Source: a virus (Duplodnaviria > Caudoviricetes). From it: DNA of 31,978 nt. The stretch covers positions 1-31,978 of IMG/VR virus record IMGVR_UViG_3300042885_000687; one strand, 5' to 3'. The position numbers were made by a program, and so were the translations under genes. This document shows, one piece after another, positions 24,250-31,773 of this stretch (the stretch's first letter is position 1; each line of letters starts with the position of its first letter). A model generated the notes under the pieces. That model saw only the letters and a program-made list of their open reading frames with translations, was not told the origin of the DNA and did not search any database.

Positions 24250-24783
24250 ATGAGTAAGATAGATTGGATTTTAGAACAACACAAAAGTACGAATCATCAA
24301 TATGATACGTATCTTCCATATGAGTTCCATTTAAGAATGGTTTCAAACAACGCACAGGAATTTATTGAATCTGTACCAGATAGAAATGATGGGGAAACTT
24401 CATTTAGAGGATCAGTGCTTATGGCGGCTTGGGGTCACGATTTGATTGAGGACACTCGTGTATCATACAATGATGTGAAGAATCATTTGGGTCAAGAAGC
24501 CGCTGATATCATCTACGCTCTTACTAATGAAAAAGGTAAGAACCGTAAGGAACGAGCAAACGACAAATATTACGAAGGTATTAGAAATACACCAGGAGCT
24601 GTCTTTGTTAAGTTGTGTGATCGTATTGCTAACGTACAATACTCAAAGATGACAGGTAGTCGTATGTTTGAGATGTATAAAAAAGAGAATAATCATTTCT
24701 TAGATAGTCTAGGATTTGTAGAAGGACACGGACATCCGCTTGGAGATATGTGTCATTATTTGGAAAATTTATTTGAAGATTAA
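24250..24783 (+). CDS. HD-domain hydrolase, RelA/SpoT (Mesh1 / small alarmone hydrolase)-like
   Basis: H...PYEFHL...HDLIEDT...LT...VKLCDRIAN. Confidence 0.85.
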   Translation: MSKIDWILEQHKSTNHQYDTYLPYEFHLRMVSNNAQEFIESVPDRNDGETSFRGSVLMAAWGHDLIEDTRVSYNDVKNHLGQEAADIIYALTNEKGKNRKERANDKYYEGIRNTPGAVFVKLCDRIANVQYSKMTGSRMFEMYKKENNHFLDSLGFVEGHGHPLGDMCHYLENLFED

Positions 24784-24786
24784 GTT

Positions 24787-25011
24787 ATGGAAAATAGAAG
24801 TAGACATTACGGAGACGTAGAGAAATGGGTAAGAAAAGTAATTGACTCTTGTGAGACATATCAACAAACTTTTGCCGCAAGAATTTTAGTCCGCAATTTT
24901 GAAAAACAAATGGATCGTAATAAAGTTGATCGTAATTTGGTTTGGTCTGTTAGGGCTTCTTTAGATTTAGAGTTAAGTTTTAAACGAGATGAATTAATGA
25001 AAAATAAATAA
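24787..25011 (+). CDS. hypothetical protein
   Basis: 74-aa ORF containing WVRKVIDSCETYQQ. Confidence 0.7.
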   Translation: MENRSRHYGDVEKWVRKVIDSCETYQQTFAARILVRNFEKQMDRNKVDRNLVWSVRASLDLELSFKRDELMKNK

Positions 25012-25023
25012 AAATTATATAAA

Positions 25024-25197
25024 ATGGAAAATAAGATTGATAAAATTGCTATTGTTATTGGGATTGTAATCGGATGTGTATTCGGGTCAATGATGTCTTA
25101 CTCAATGTTGAAAGATGCTAAGAAGTGTGAGTTATTGGTTGAGGAGAACAAAATGTTAAGAGATATGTTATATGAGGAACAAAATCCTCAATACTAA
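25024..25197 (+). CDS. 57-aa single-TM plus coiled-coil protein (not in the ORF track)
   Basis: MENKIDKIAIVIGIVIGCVFGSMMSYSML..., with an A-rich leader; fills the gap. Confidence 0.65.
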   Translation: MENKIDKIAIVIGIVIGCVFGSMMSYSMLKDAKKCELLVEENKMLRDMLYEEQNPQY

Positions 25198-25238
25198 TAT
25201 ATGTTGGTATTAAAAATATTATTTATAAAAACATAATA

Positions 25239-25847
25239 ATGATTGATAACATAGAACAAATAAAAGGATTACTTAACTTTGAAAACAAAGGTGACTTTTA
25301 TATGCTTTACGTTTTTAAACGAAAGAAGGACCAACCTGAAGGGGAAAGAGATAATCACCAGTCAGTTAGAACAATTAAATCATATTGTATTGAATCCATT
25401 GAACACTTGGATCGTAGGTATGATGAGATTAAACAACTTTGTGAGATGTTTAAGGCTCGTGCTTATATCCACGTTCAAAAACAAAATCATACGGACGTGT
25501 CATTGAATATGATGGTTGATCTTGCTAAAAGAATACAAGACGGTAATCATAAACAAAAAGGTTTATTTGATTCTGTTGTGGGACAAGTTAAAACACAAGA
25601 GAAACGTTGGATTGTTGATATCGATACGACCGACTATCATGCGGTTACTGAAGTGACACAATTTATAAACTATCTCAGACCTGAAGGGCCAAAAGTTGAA
25701 ATGGTAATACCAACTAAGAATGGGTATCATTTAATAACAGGTAGATTTGATGTTAAAACATTTAGTGAAAAACATCCGGACATTGACATTCAAAAGAAGA
25801 ACCCAACATTATTGTATTACCCAAAAAGTTTAGATGATGAATTATAA
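25239..25847 (+). CDS. putative archaeo-eukaryotic primase (AEP)-superfamily protein
   Basis: WIVDID (hhhDxD) and PTKNGYHL (sxGxH) motifs. TATTTATA lies upstream at 25220-25227. Confidence 0.5.
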   Translation: MIDNIEQIKGLLNFENKGDFYMLYVFKRKKDQPEGERDNHQSVRTIKSYCIESIEHLDRRYDEIKQLCEMFKARAYIHVQKQNHTDVSLNMMVDLAKRIQDGNHKQKGLFDSVVGQVKTQEKRWIVDIDTTDYHAVTEVTQFINYLRPEGPKVEMVIPTKNGYHLITGRFDVKTFSEKHPDIDIQKKNPTLLYYPKSLDDEL

Positions 25848-26790
25848 AGAATTAAAAAGAAAAGAATTTTTATTTGAGATTATTGATGATGTCATCGATG
25901 GTATGGATGTTTATAATCATAATGGATCTCTTTGGTTAATTAAAACTGAAGAATTAAAATGGGCAATTGAATTTACCAAAGATAAAATATTGTGGTATAA
26001 CTACAATTTATTTAAAAATTTATTTAAGGCAATTTCTTTAGATATTTCGGAAAATCAAAAATATGTAACTGAATGGTTTGAATCAAGATTTTTGAATAAA
26101 CCAAAGGTGTGGGCCACTTTTAATCACGCAATTGATAGCAACCAAGCCGTTGAAGACACCATCCAAAATGGGGTGAAACACACCCAAGGGGATCAACAAC
26201 CATTTCATATTGACGTTGAAGATACCATTGAAAATGGGGTGAGAGATATTTCCCCAATGACACAATATGCTGATTGGCAAGTTGAAGAAATAATTCAAAA
26301 TGGTGTGAAGGAAACTTTAAGTACTGCGGGAAAACCATTGAGGGTTGAAGACACCATTCAAAATGGGGTAAAAGAGACTATTAGTACACTACGGCGTACT
26401 GCTAAGTGGGGTGTTGATGACATTATTCAAAATGGGGTGAAGGAAATCAGATCAAATAAAGGATTGATAACTTCCTACAGACAAAATCACAAGGCCAAAA
26501 AAACTATTGAAAATGGGGTGAAGGACACCAAACCAATGGATGAGTGGGTAAATGCTGAAAGTATTATTGAAAACACAATAGAGTATGGTGTAAAAGAAAC
26601 CTGTGAAGATGTGTATCACCATAAAGGTAGAATCGGTGGTGTGATTAAAAATGGAGTTAAAGAAGTCCAACCATTACCAGCACAAGATGGTAATAGAGAT
26701 TGGGGTAACTATTATTTCGGAAAGCAAGATAGAACAAAACCTTTTAATGATTATCTTAATGACGCAATTAAATACGGTAAAAAAATATAA
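25834..26790 (+). CDS. repeat protein: N-terminal domain plus 8 VEDTIQNGVKxx repeats separated by unique linkers
   Basis: Repeats are visible in both protein and DNA. Confidence 0.8.
   Translation: MMNYKELKRKEFLFEIIDDVIDGMDVYNHNGSLWLIKTEELKWAIEFTKDKILWYNYNLFKNLFKAISLDISENQKYVTEWFESRFLNKPKVWATFNHAIDSNQAVEDTIQNGVKHTQGDQQPFHIDVEDTIENGVRDISPMTQYADWQVEEIIQNGVKETLSTAGKPLRVEDTIQNGVKETISTLRRTAKWGVDDIIQNGVKEIRSNKGLITSYRQNHKAKKTIENGVKDTKPMDEWVNAESIIENTIEYGVKETCEDVYHHKGRIGGVIKNGVKEVQPLPAQDGNRDWGNYYFGKQDRTKPFNDYLNDAIKYGKKI
26149..26667 (+). repeat. array of eight 36-bp direct repeats with unique spacers, inside the CDS
   Basis: Repeat starts at 26149, 26215, 26281, 26344, 26413, 26494, 26566 and 26632. 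First copy is GTTGAAGACACCATCCAAAATGGGGTGAAACACACC. Confidence 0.9.
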
Positions 26791-26792
26791 AA

Positions 26793-27053
26793 ATGGAAAT
26801 AGATAAATTTGAACAAGCAAAAAAAGTTAAAGAAGATCTTGATAGATTGGAAAGACAAAAATATAAATTAGAATCCGCACTTAAATCTTGTGGTTTGGGT
26901 GTTACAATTGGATTTAATTATCAAGGAGCATTCAATAGAAAAGGAGAGGTAAGTGTTTATAACGAAGAACTTATTAAAGAGATGGTTTCCAAAGAACTTG
27001 ACAGGTTAAATAGTGAAATAGAGTTAGTAAAAAAAGAATTTGAATTATTATAA
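26793..27053 (+). CDS. hypothetical coiled-coil protein
   Basis: 86-aa ORF in the operon. Confidence 0.7.
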   Translation: MEIDKFEQAKKVKEDLDRLERQKYKLESALKSCGLGVTIGFNYQGAFNRKGEVSVYNEELIKEMVSKELDRLNSEIELVKKEFELL

Positions 27054-27361
27054 TGGAAATGGATAAACTACATCAATTATGTAAGTATATTTATGATTCT
27101 TCCATTATGAGTTATAATATGAAAACTAATCCTACCAAACAGATCCTTAATATTAAAGAGATGGTTCGAACTTACATTAGAACTGAGGTCACACCTTGTG
27201 AACTAACGGATCAGGAAAAGTTGTCTTACATTTTGGATAATGAATTAAAAATAACGGAGGCAGTTATGAACGGTCATCAAGCAAGTAATGGTGATGAATA
27301 TCAGGAGACAAGAGTTAAGATTAGGCAATATAGGATAGAATTAGGATTAATAAAAAAATAG
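27053..27361 (+). CDS. hypothetical protein
   Basis: 102-aa ORF with TAATG overlap. Confidence 0.7.
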   Translation: MEMDKLHQLCKYIYDSSIMSYNMKTNPTKQILNIKEMVRTYIRTEVTPCELTDQEKLSYILDNELKITEAVMNGHQASNGDEYQETRVKIRQYRIELGLIKK

Positions 27362-27364
27362 AGT

Positions 27365-27372
27365 TATATTTG
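27365..27372 (+). promoter_or_regulatory. -7 element TATATTTG, leaderless spacing
   Basis: TATATTTG-tgat-ATG(27377). Confidence 0.7.
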
Positions 27373-27376
27373 TGAT

Positions 27377-27787
27377 ATGGGTAAAGTAAAAATATATTTA
27401 GATGATGTTCGTACGCCAGTGGATCCAAGTTGGATCGTTGTTCGTTCTTACGATGAGTTTGTTCAAAAGATAAACTCAATTGGTATGGAGAACATTGAAT
27501 TAATATCGTTAGATCACGACTTAGGTGACAGTGCGATGGCAGAATGGCACTACGGTGTTGTGAAAAACTATACAATCAATTACGATAACATTACCGAGAA
27601 AACCGGTATGGATTGTACCAAATGGTTGGTTAACCAATGGTTAGATGGTAAACCTGTGGTGGAAGTTGTGGTTCACTCAGCAAATGCCGTTGGTAGTGGT
27701 AATATGATGGGTTACATCAACAATTACAGACACTTAAATAGAATGCCTCAGAATTGTGTTAGAGTGCAAATTGAACATACAGTATGA
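27377..27787 (+). CDS. cyclic-phosphate-processing receiver-like domain protein
   Basis: IYLDDVRTP, VRSYDEF, ISLDHDLG, TGMD and VHSAN motifs. Confidence 0.8.
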   Translation: MGKVKIYLDDVRTPVDPSWIVVRSYDEFVQKINSIGMENIELISLDHDLGDSAMAEWHYGVVKNYTINYDNITEKTGMDCTKWLVNQWLDGKPVVEVVVHSANAVGSGNMMGYINNYRHLNRMPQNCVRVQIEHTV

Positions 27788-27933
27788 TGATGACCGAAGA
27801 AGAAAAGGATAACAGAATAAAAGAACTTGAGGAATTTCTTGAAGATGTTATTGAACATCCTTATATGTACGGATCACACATTTGGGAGGAAGGTTGGGAG
27901 TTATTAAATAAAAACAAAATTGGGACATTATGA
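27784..27933 (+). CDS. 49-aa hypothetical protein (not in the ORF track)
   Basis: MMMTEEEKDNRIKELEEFL..., with ATGA overlaps at both ends. Confidence 0.65.
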   Translation: MMMTEEEKDNRIKELEEFLEDVIEHPYMYGSHIWEEGWELLNKNKIGTL

Positions 27934-29000
27934 ATAATTTAGATAAAAAATACCAAGAATTACTCCAAGATATTTTAGATTACGGAGTTGAAAAACAAGA
28001 CAGGACAGGTACAGGAACCAAAAGTATTTTTGGTTATACCATTCGTCATAACATGCAAGATGGATTTCCATTACTTACAACCAAGAAGATGGCTTGGAAA
28101 ACTATGGTGACCGAGTTATTATGGTTCCTTCGTGGTGATACAAACATCAAGTTCCTTGTTGATAACAATTGTCATATTTGGGATGGTGATGCGTATAAGA
28201 ATTACTGTACCGCATATAAAGATGGTCACGAATTTTATGAGGATGAACAAGTAAAGCGTTCTTTTACACAAGAAGAATTCATCAACAAAATCAAAACTGA
28301 TGATGAGTTTGCTAAAAAGTGGGGTGAGTTAGGTCCAATTTATGGTGCGCAATGGAGAAATTGGTTAACATATAAACCTTTAAATAATACGGGAAGTTTC
28401 TATCAATCGGGTAATATAGACCAAATCCAAAACCTAATCAACGACCTTAAAACAAACCCAGACTCAAGACGATTAATGGTTAATGCTTGGAATGTTGGAG
28501 AATTAGACCAAATGGTACTTCCACCTTGTCATTATGGGTTTCAAGTTTATACAAGAGAGTTGAGTGAAGGTGAGAGAGGACTATTGTTACAACCTTACGG
28601 ATTGGACCCTTTAACAAAAGAAGGTAGAGATAGGTTATGGAAAGAAAATAATTTACCAACCAGAGCAATCTCTTTAATGTGGAATCAACGTTCAGTAGAT
28701 ACATTCTTAGGTTTACCATTCAACATTGCCTCTTATGGATTACTATTAGAAATCATCGCACGAGAAGTAAATATGGTTCCTGATGAATTGATTGGTAATT
28801 TAGGTGATGTTCACCTATATTCAAACCATATCGAACAAGCAAAAGAACAAATTACACGAGAGTCATATCCATTACCTAAATTAGGGGAAATACCTGATTA
28901 CTTATGTATGAAGGATAATTGGGAGTGTTACGAACCAACCGATTTTACACTTGAAAAGTACCAATCACACGAAACAATTAAAGCACCTTTATCAAATTAA
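27930..29000 (+). CDS. thyA: thymidylate synthase
   Basis: DRTGTGT, FPLLTTKK, ELLWFLRG, GPIYGAQWR, DSRR, LPPCH, QRSVD...GLPFNIASY and GDVHLYSNH. Confidence 0.97.
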   Translation: MNNLDKKYQELLQDILDYGVEKQDRTGTGTKSIFGYTIRHNMQDGFPLLTTKKMAWKTMVTELLWFLRGDTNIKFLVDNNCHIWDGDAYKNYCTAYKDGHEFYEDEQVKRSFTQEEFINKIKTDDEFAKKWGELGPIYGAQWRNWLTYKPLNNTGSFYQSGNIDQIQNLINDLKTNPDSRRLMVNAWNVGELDQMVLPPCHYGFQVYTRELSEGERGLLLQPYGLDPLTKEGRDRLWKENNLPTRAISLMWNQRSVDTFLGLPFNIASYGLLLEIIAREVNMVPDELIGNLGDVHLYSNHIEQAKEQITRESYPLPKLGEIPDYLCMKDNWECYEPTDFTLEKYQSHETIKAPLSN

Positions 29001-29003
29001 ATT

Positions 29004-29261
29004 ATGGTTGAATTAAAAACTGAAATAATAAATGATCATCACCAAAGAGTTTTATTTGGTAATAAACTTATCGGTTATTTAATAATGGATGTTGATGGGT
29101 ATTATTATTTTGATCATACAGTACAGAAAAATGGATTTTGGACATCACATTCATTAAGAATGATTGCTGATCTATTGGATGATATTAATAAACCCCTTGA
29201 TGACAACATAAAAGAATATTTTAAAATAAAACAATCAACTAATGAAAACAATCAAGATTAG
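29004..29261 (+). CDS. hypothetical protein
   Basis: 85-aa ORF containing DVDGYYYF...LRMIADLLD. Confidence 0.7.
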   Translation: MVELKTEIINDHHQRVLFGNKLIGYLIMDVDGYYYFDHTVQKNGFWTSHSLRMIADLLDDINKPLDDNIKEYFKIKQSTNENNQD

Positions 29262-29484
29262 ATTTATTAAGTATAAAGACAAGTACAATTACACCATCCA
29301 AAGAAGAGGGTGGTTTGGATGGAAAGACATTACATATACCATTAACATGGGTTATGGTAGTGTGACTTATAAATATTCTGCGGTGACTAAAGAAGAACTA
29401 CTTGAAAAGGTTTTAGAAGAATACTACGAAGTAGATAAAAGATTTGTTGAAATTATAGAATACCCAACAATAAAAATTTATTAA
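29242..29484 (+). CDS. hypothetical protein
   Basis: 80-aa ORF containing YTIQRRGWFGWK. Confidence 0.7.
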   Translation: MKTIKIRFIKYKDKYNYTIQRRGWFGWKDITYTINMGYGSVTYKYSAVTKEELLEKVLEEYYEVDKRFVEIIEYPTIKIY

Positions 29485-29487
29485 ATT

Positions 29488-29925
29488 ATGACAACAAAAG
29501 TATATTCAGCATTCCCCGGTGTAGGGAAAACAACTTACTTCAATACAACAGATAGAAATGTATTGGATAGTGATAGCTCAAAATTTGACAAGAAACATTT
29601 TCCTGACAATTACATTGATCACATTGAAAGAAATGTCCAAGACCCAAAGGTAGATAAGATATTAGTGTCATCACATAAAGATGTAAGAGACGCACTTCTT
29701 AAAAAAGGTATTCCATTTGTATTAGTTTATCCGAACAGAGAGATTAAAGATGAGTACATCCAAAGATATAAAGATAGAGGAAACAACGATGCGTTTGTTG
29801 ACTTATTGGAAAAAAATTGGGATAATTGGATGGACGAGATGGACCAAATGGAAGCACCAAAAGGTCAAACTTTATATAAAGTTAAATTAGGTAAAGGTCA
29901 GTATTTGACCGATGTAATAGATTAA
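29488..29925 (+). CDS. P-loop NTPase / nucleotide-kinase-like protein
   Basis: AFPGVGKT Walker A, plus DSDSS and a RYKDRG lid-like segment. Confidence 0.75.
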   Translation: MTTKVYSAFPGVGKTTYFNTTDRNVLDSDSSKFDKKHFPDNYIDHIERNVQDPKVDKILVSSHKDVRDALLKKGIPFVLVYPNREIKDEYIQRYKDRGNNDAFVDLLEKNWDNWMDEMDQMEAPKGQTLYKVKLGKGQYLTDVID

Positions 29926-29928
29926 ATT

Positions 29929-30657
29929 ATGAATTACGGAAAAGAGTTTAAAAGTTTTGCAAAAAGCGAAGGAATCAGTTCAATGGCATTAGATCAGTTT
30001 GAAGCGTCATTAACACCATACATTTTGGAGGAAAGAGAATTAAGAGCAACACAAATTGATATTTTTTCGAGACTCATGAGAGATCGTATCTTATGGTTAT
30101 CAGGACCTGTTGATCAAAGAATGTCGGACATTGTACAAGCACAATTATTGTTCTTGGATTCAGTTGAGAAGAAAGATATTACATTATACATCAATAGTCC
30201 AGGTGGATCTGTTATGTGTGGACTTGGTATTGTAGATTTGATGAACTATGTGAGTTCGGACATCGTAACCACAAACTTGGGAATGTGTGCATCAATGGGT
30301 TCAGTTTTATTATCGTCAGGAACAAAAGGTAAAAGATCTTCTTTAATACATTCAAAGGTAATGACGCACCAAGTTAGTCACGGAACGAGAGGAAACATCC
30401 AAGACACTCGTATAGACCAAATGGAAGGTGAGAAGTACAACTATGTATTATTTAAAATCTTAGCTGAGAATTGTGGTAAAACATTTCAGGAGGTTTTAGA
30501 TTTTTCTGAAAGAGATGCGTGGTATAATTCAGACGAAGCAAAAGAGTTCGGACTTATCGATGAGGTAATTGGGACCGATAAAAGTAAAACAATTACAAAC
30601 TACTTGGATGGGTTTGACGAATACTATCAAAAAGAAGTTTTGAATATTAAGAAATGA
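29929..30657 (+). CDS. clpP: ATP-dependent Clp protease proteolytic subunit
   Basis: DIFSRLMRDRI, YINSPGG, GMCASMG (Ser), MTHQ (His) and ERD (Asp). Confidence 0.95.
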   Translation: MNYGKEFKSFAKSEGISSMALDQFEASLTPYILEERELRATQIDIFSRLMRDRILWLSGPVDQRMSDIVQAQLLFLDSVEKKDITLYINSPGGSVMCGLGIVDLMNYVSSDIVTTNLGMCASMGSVLLSSGTKGKRSSLIHSKVMTHQVSHGTRGNIQDTRIDQMEGEKYNYVLFKILAENCGKTFQEVLDFSERDAWYNSDEAKEFGLIDEVIGTDKSKTITNYLDGFDEYYQKEVLNIKK

Positions 30658-30845
30658 GATTTATAAAGTATCTTTTACTATGGATATCACAGAACCTATC
30701 AATCCCTTTTTGGATGGTAGGTCATATCCATTTAACAATGAATGTATATGAGGACATATATGAAATAATAGCATCGTTTGGTATGAATATTATTGTTGGT
30801 ATTGGATTTTGGGTAAGTTGGAGGGATTATCGCAAAGAATCTTAA
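30654..30845 (+). CDS. small membrane protein
   Basis: Two hydrophobic segments, with ATGA overlap. Confidence 0.65.
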   Translation: MRFIKYLLLWISQNLSIPFWMVGHIHLTMNVYEDIYEIIASFGMNIIVGIGFWVSWRDYRKES

Positions 30846-30852
30846 TAAATGA

Positions 30853-30881
30853 TTTACAGATAAAAAATAAACAATTATAAT
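30853..30881 (+). promoter_or_regulatory. sigma70-like promoter TTTACA-17-TATAAT
   Basis: Hexamers at 30853-30858 and 30876-30881, with the ATG 6 nt downstream. Confidence 0.55.
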
Positions 30882-30887
30882 TATGTT

Positions 30888-31208
30888 ATGACAGAAAAAA
30901 TTATATTAAAAGAGACCGTTAATCAAGGGAAACCTGTGGTCGAAAACAAACCAAAAAAAAGGAATTATAAACCTAGAAAAAAGAAAGAAATAACTGAAAA
31001 CGTTTTTTCCGAGGAAGATAAAGATTTACACCATGTTGTGAATTCTGAGAAACCGTACGTACATGGAGTTAAAATGTATAAATCGGTTGGGAAATATTCA
31101 ATCGGGGGACCTAAAAAATTCAACATATATTTTGATGAAAAACCAAATTGGTTACATAGATCTTGTATGAAAATATTTTTAGGGTGGATTTGGAGTGATA
31201 ATAAATAA
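30888..31208 (+). CDS. hypothetical basic protein
   Basis: Lys/Arg-rich stretch and C-terminal KPNWLHR...FLGWIW. Confidence 0.7.
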   Translation: MTEKIILKETVNQGKPVVENKPKKRNYKPRKKKEITENVFSEEDKDLHHVVNSEKPYVHGVKMYKSVGKYSIGGPKKFNIYFDEKPNWLHRSCMKIFLGWIWSDNK

Positions 31209-31220
31209 AACAATAGAACA

Positions 31221-31448
31221 ATGAAAACAATTATTTTAATTATTATCACACTATTTTTATTTTCGTGTGGTAATCAAAACGTCCAACAAATAGAAGAACC
31301 TATTGGATTAAGACAGAAATCTGATGATCGTCACAAAAATGTAACAGAATACACATATGGAGGTTGTGAATACATTAGAGTAGGTTATGGGCAAAGCGCT
31401 TGGGGTTCACATAAAGGTAATTGTGTAAACCCAATTCATACTAAATAA
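31221..31448 (+). CDS. putative lipoprotein
   Basis: Lipobox LFLFSC, plus GCEYI...HKGNCVNPIH. Confidence 0.7.
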   Translation: MKTIILIIITLFLFSCGNQNVQQIEEPIGLRQKSDDRHKNVTEYTYGGCEYIRVGYGQSAWGSHKGNCVNPIHTK

Positions 31449-31449
31449 T

Positions 31450-31773
31450 ATGACAGATCAAGACATACTTAAGTTCGGGGAGATTCAATACCTTAAAGGT
31501 CGTTTGGATGAATTATATAAAGCAATCCCAACCGTAACCAATATGGATAGAAGACGTAAGTTAGATCAACGTATTGAAAAGTATATCAATAAACTTAAAA
31601 AAGTTGATGAGGTTGCTTATCGTTTACATGAGGTTGAGTTAAATGCAACTCATAGAGTTAAGGTTAAAGGGAAATTAGAAACTGAAAACTTATTAAATGA
31701 GATCTTACGTAGCGAAGTAATCACAGACGAAAACCTTATTCAAAAAATTAAAGATAAGTTAGAAACTTTGTAA
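31450..31773 (+). CDS. hypothetical helical protein
   Basis: 107-aa ORF containing YLKGRLDEL. Confidence 0.7.
   Translation: MTDQDILKFGEIQYLKGRLDELYKAIPTVTNMDRRRKLDQRIEKYINKLKKVDEVAYRLHEVELNATHRVKVKGKLETENLLNEILRSEVITDENLIQKIKDKLETL

Noticed and set aside
26149-26667. Annotating the array as a bona fide CRISPR locus
   Set aside because: The repeats are too divergent, all periods keep frame, variation is largely synonymous, and no cas gene or leader is visible. Kept as a repeat and as a finding instead.
27930-29000. Intron or intein in the long thyA
   Set aside because: The frame is continuous. The extra length comes from short insertions with no intein or homing-endonuclease motifs.
2743-31249. 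Minus-strand and alternate-frame ORFs in the track (e.g. 2743..3177, 12549..12971, 14579..14980, 15403..15822, 19842..20288, 21977..22363, 30965..31249)
   Set aside because: They lie wholly or largely over better-supported + strand genes, have no motifs or promoters, and look like antisense shadows.
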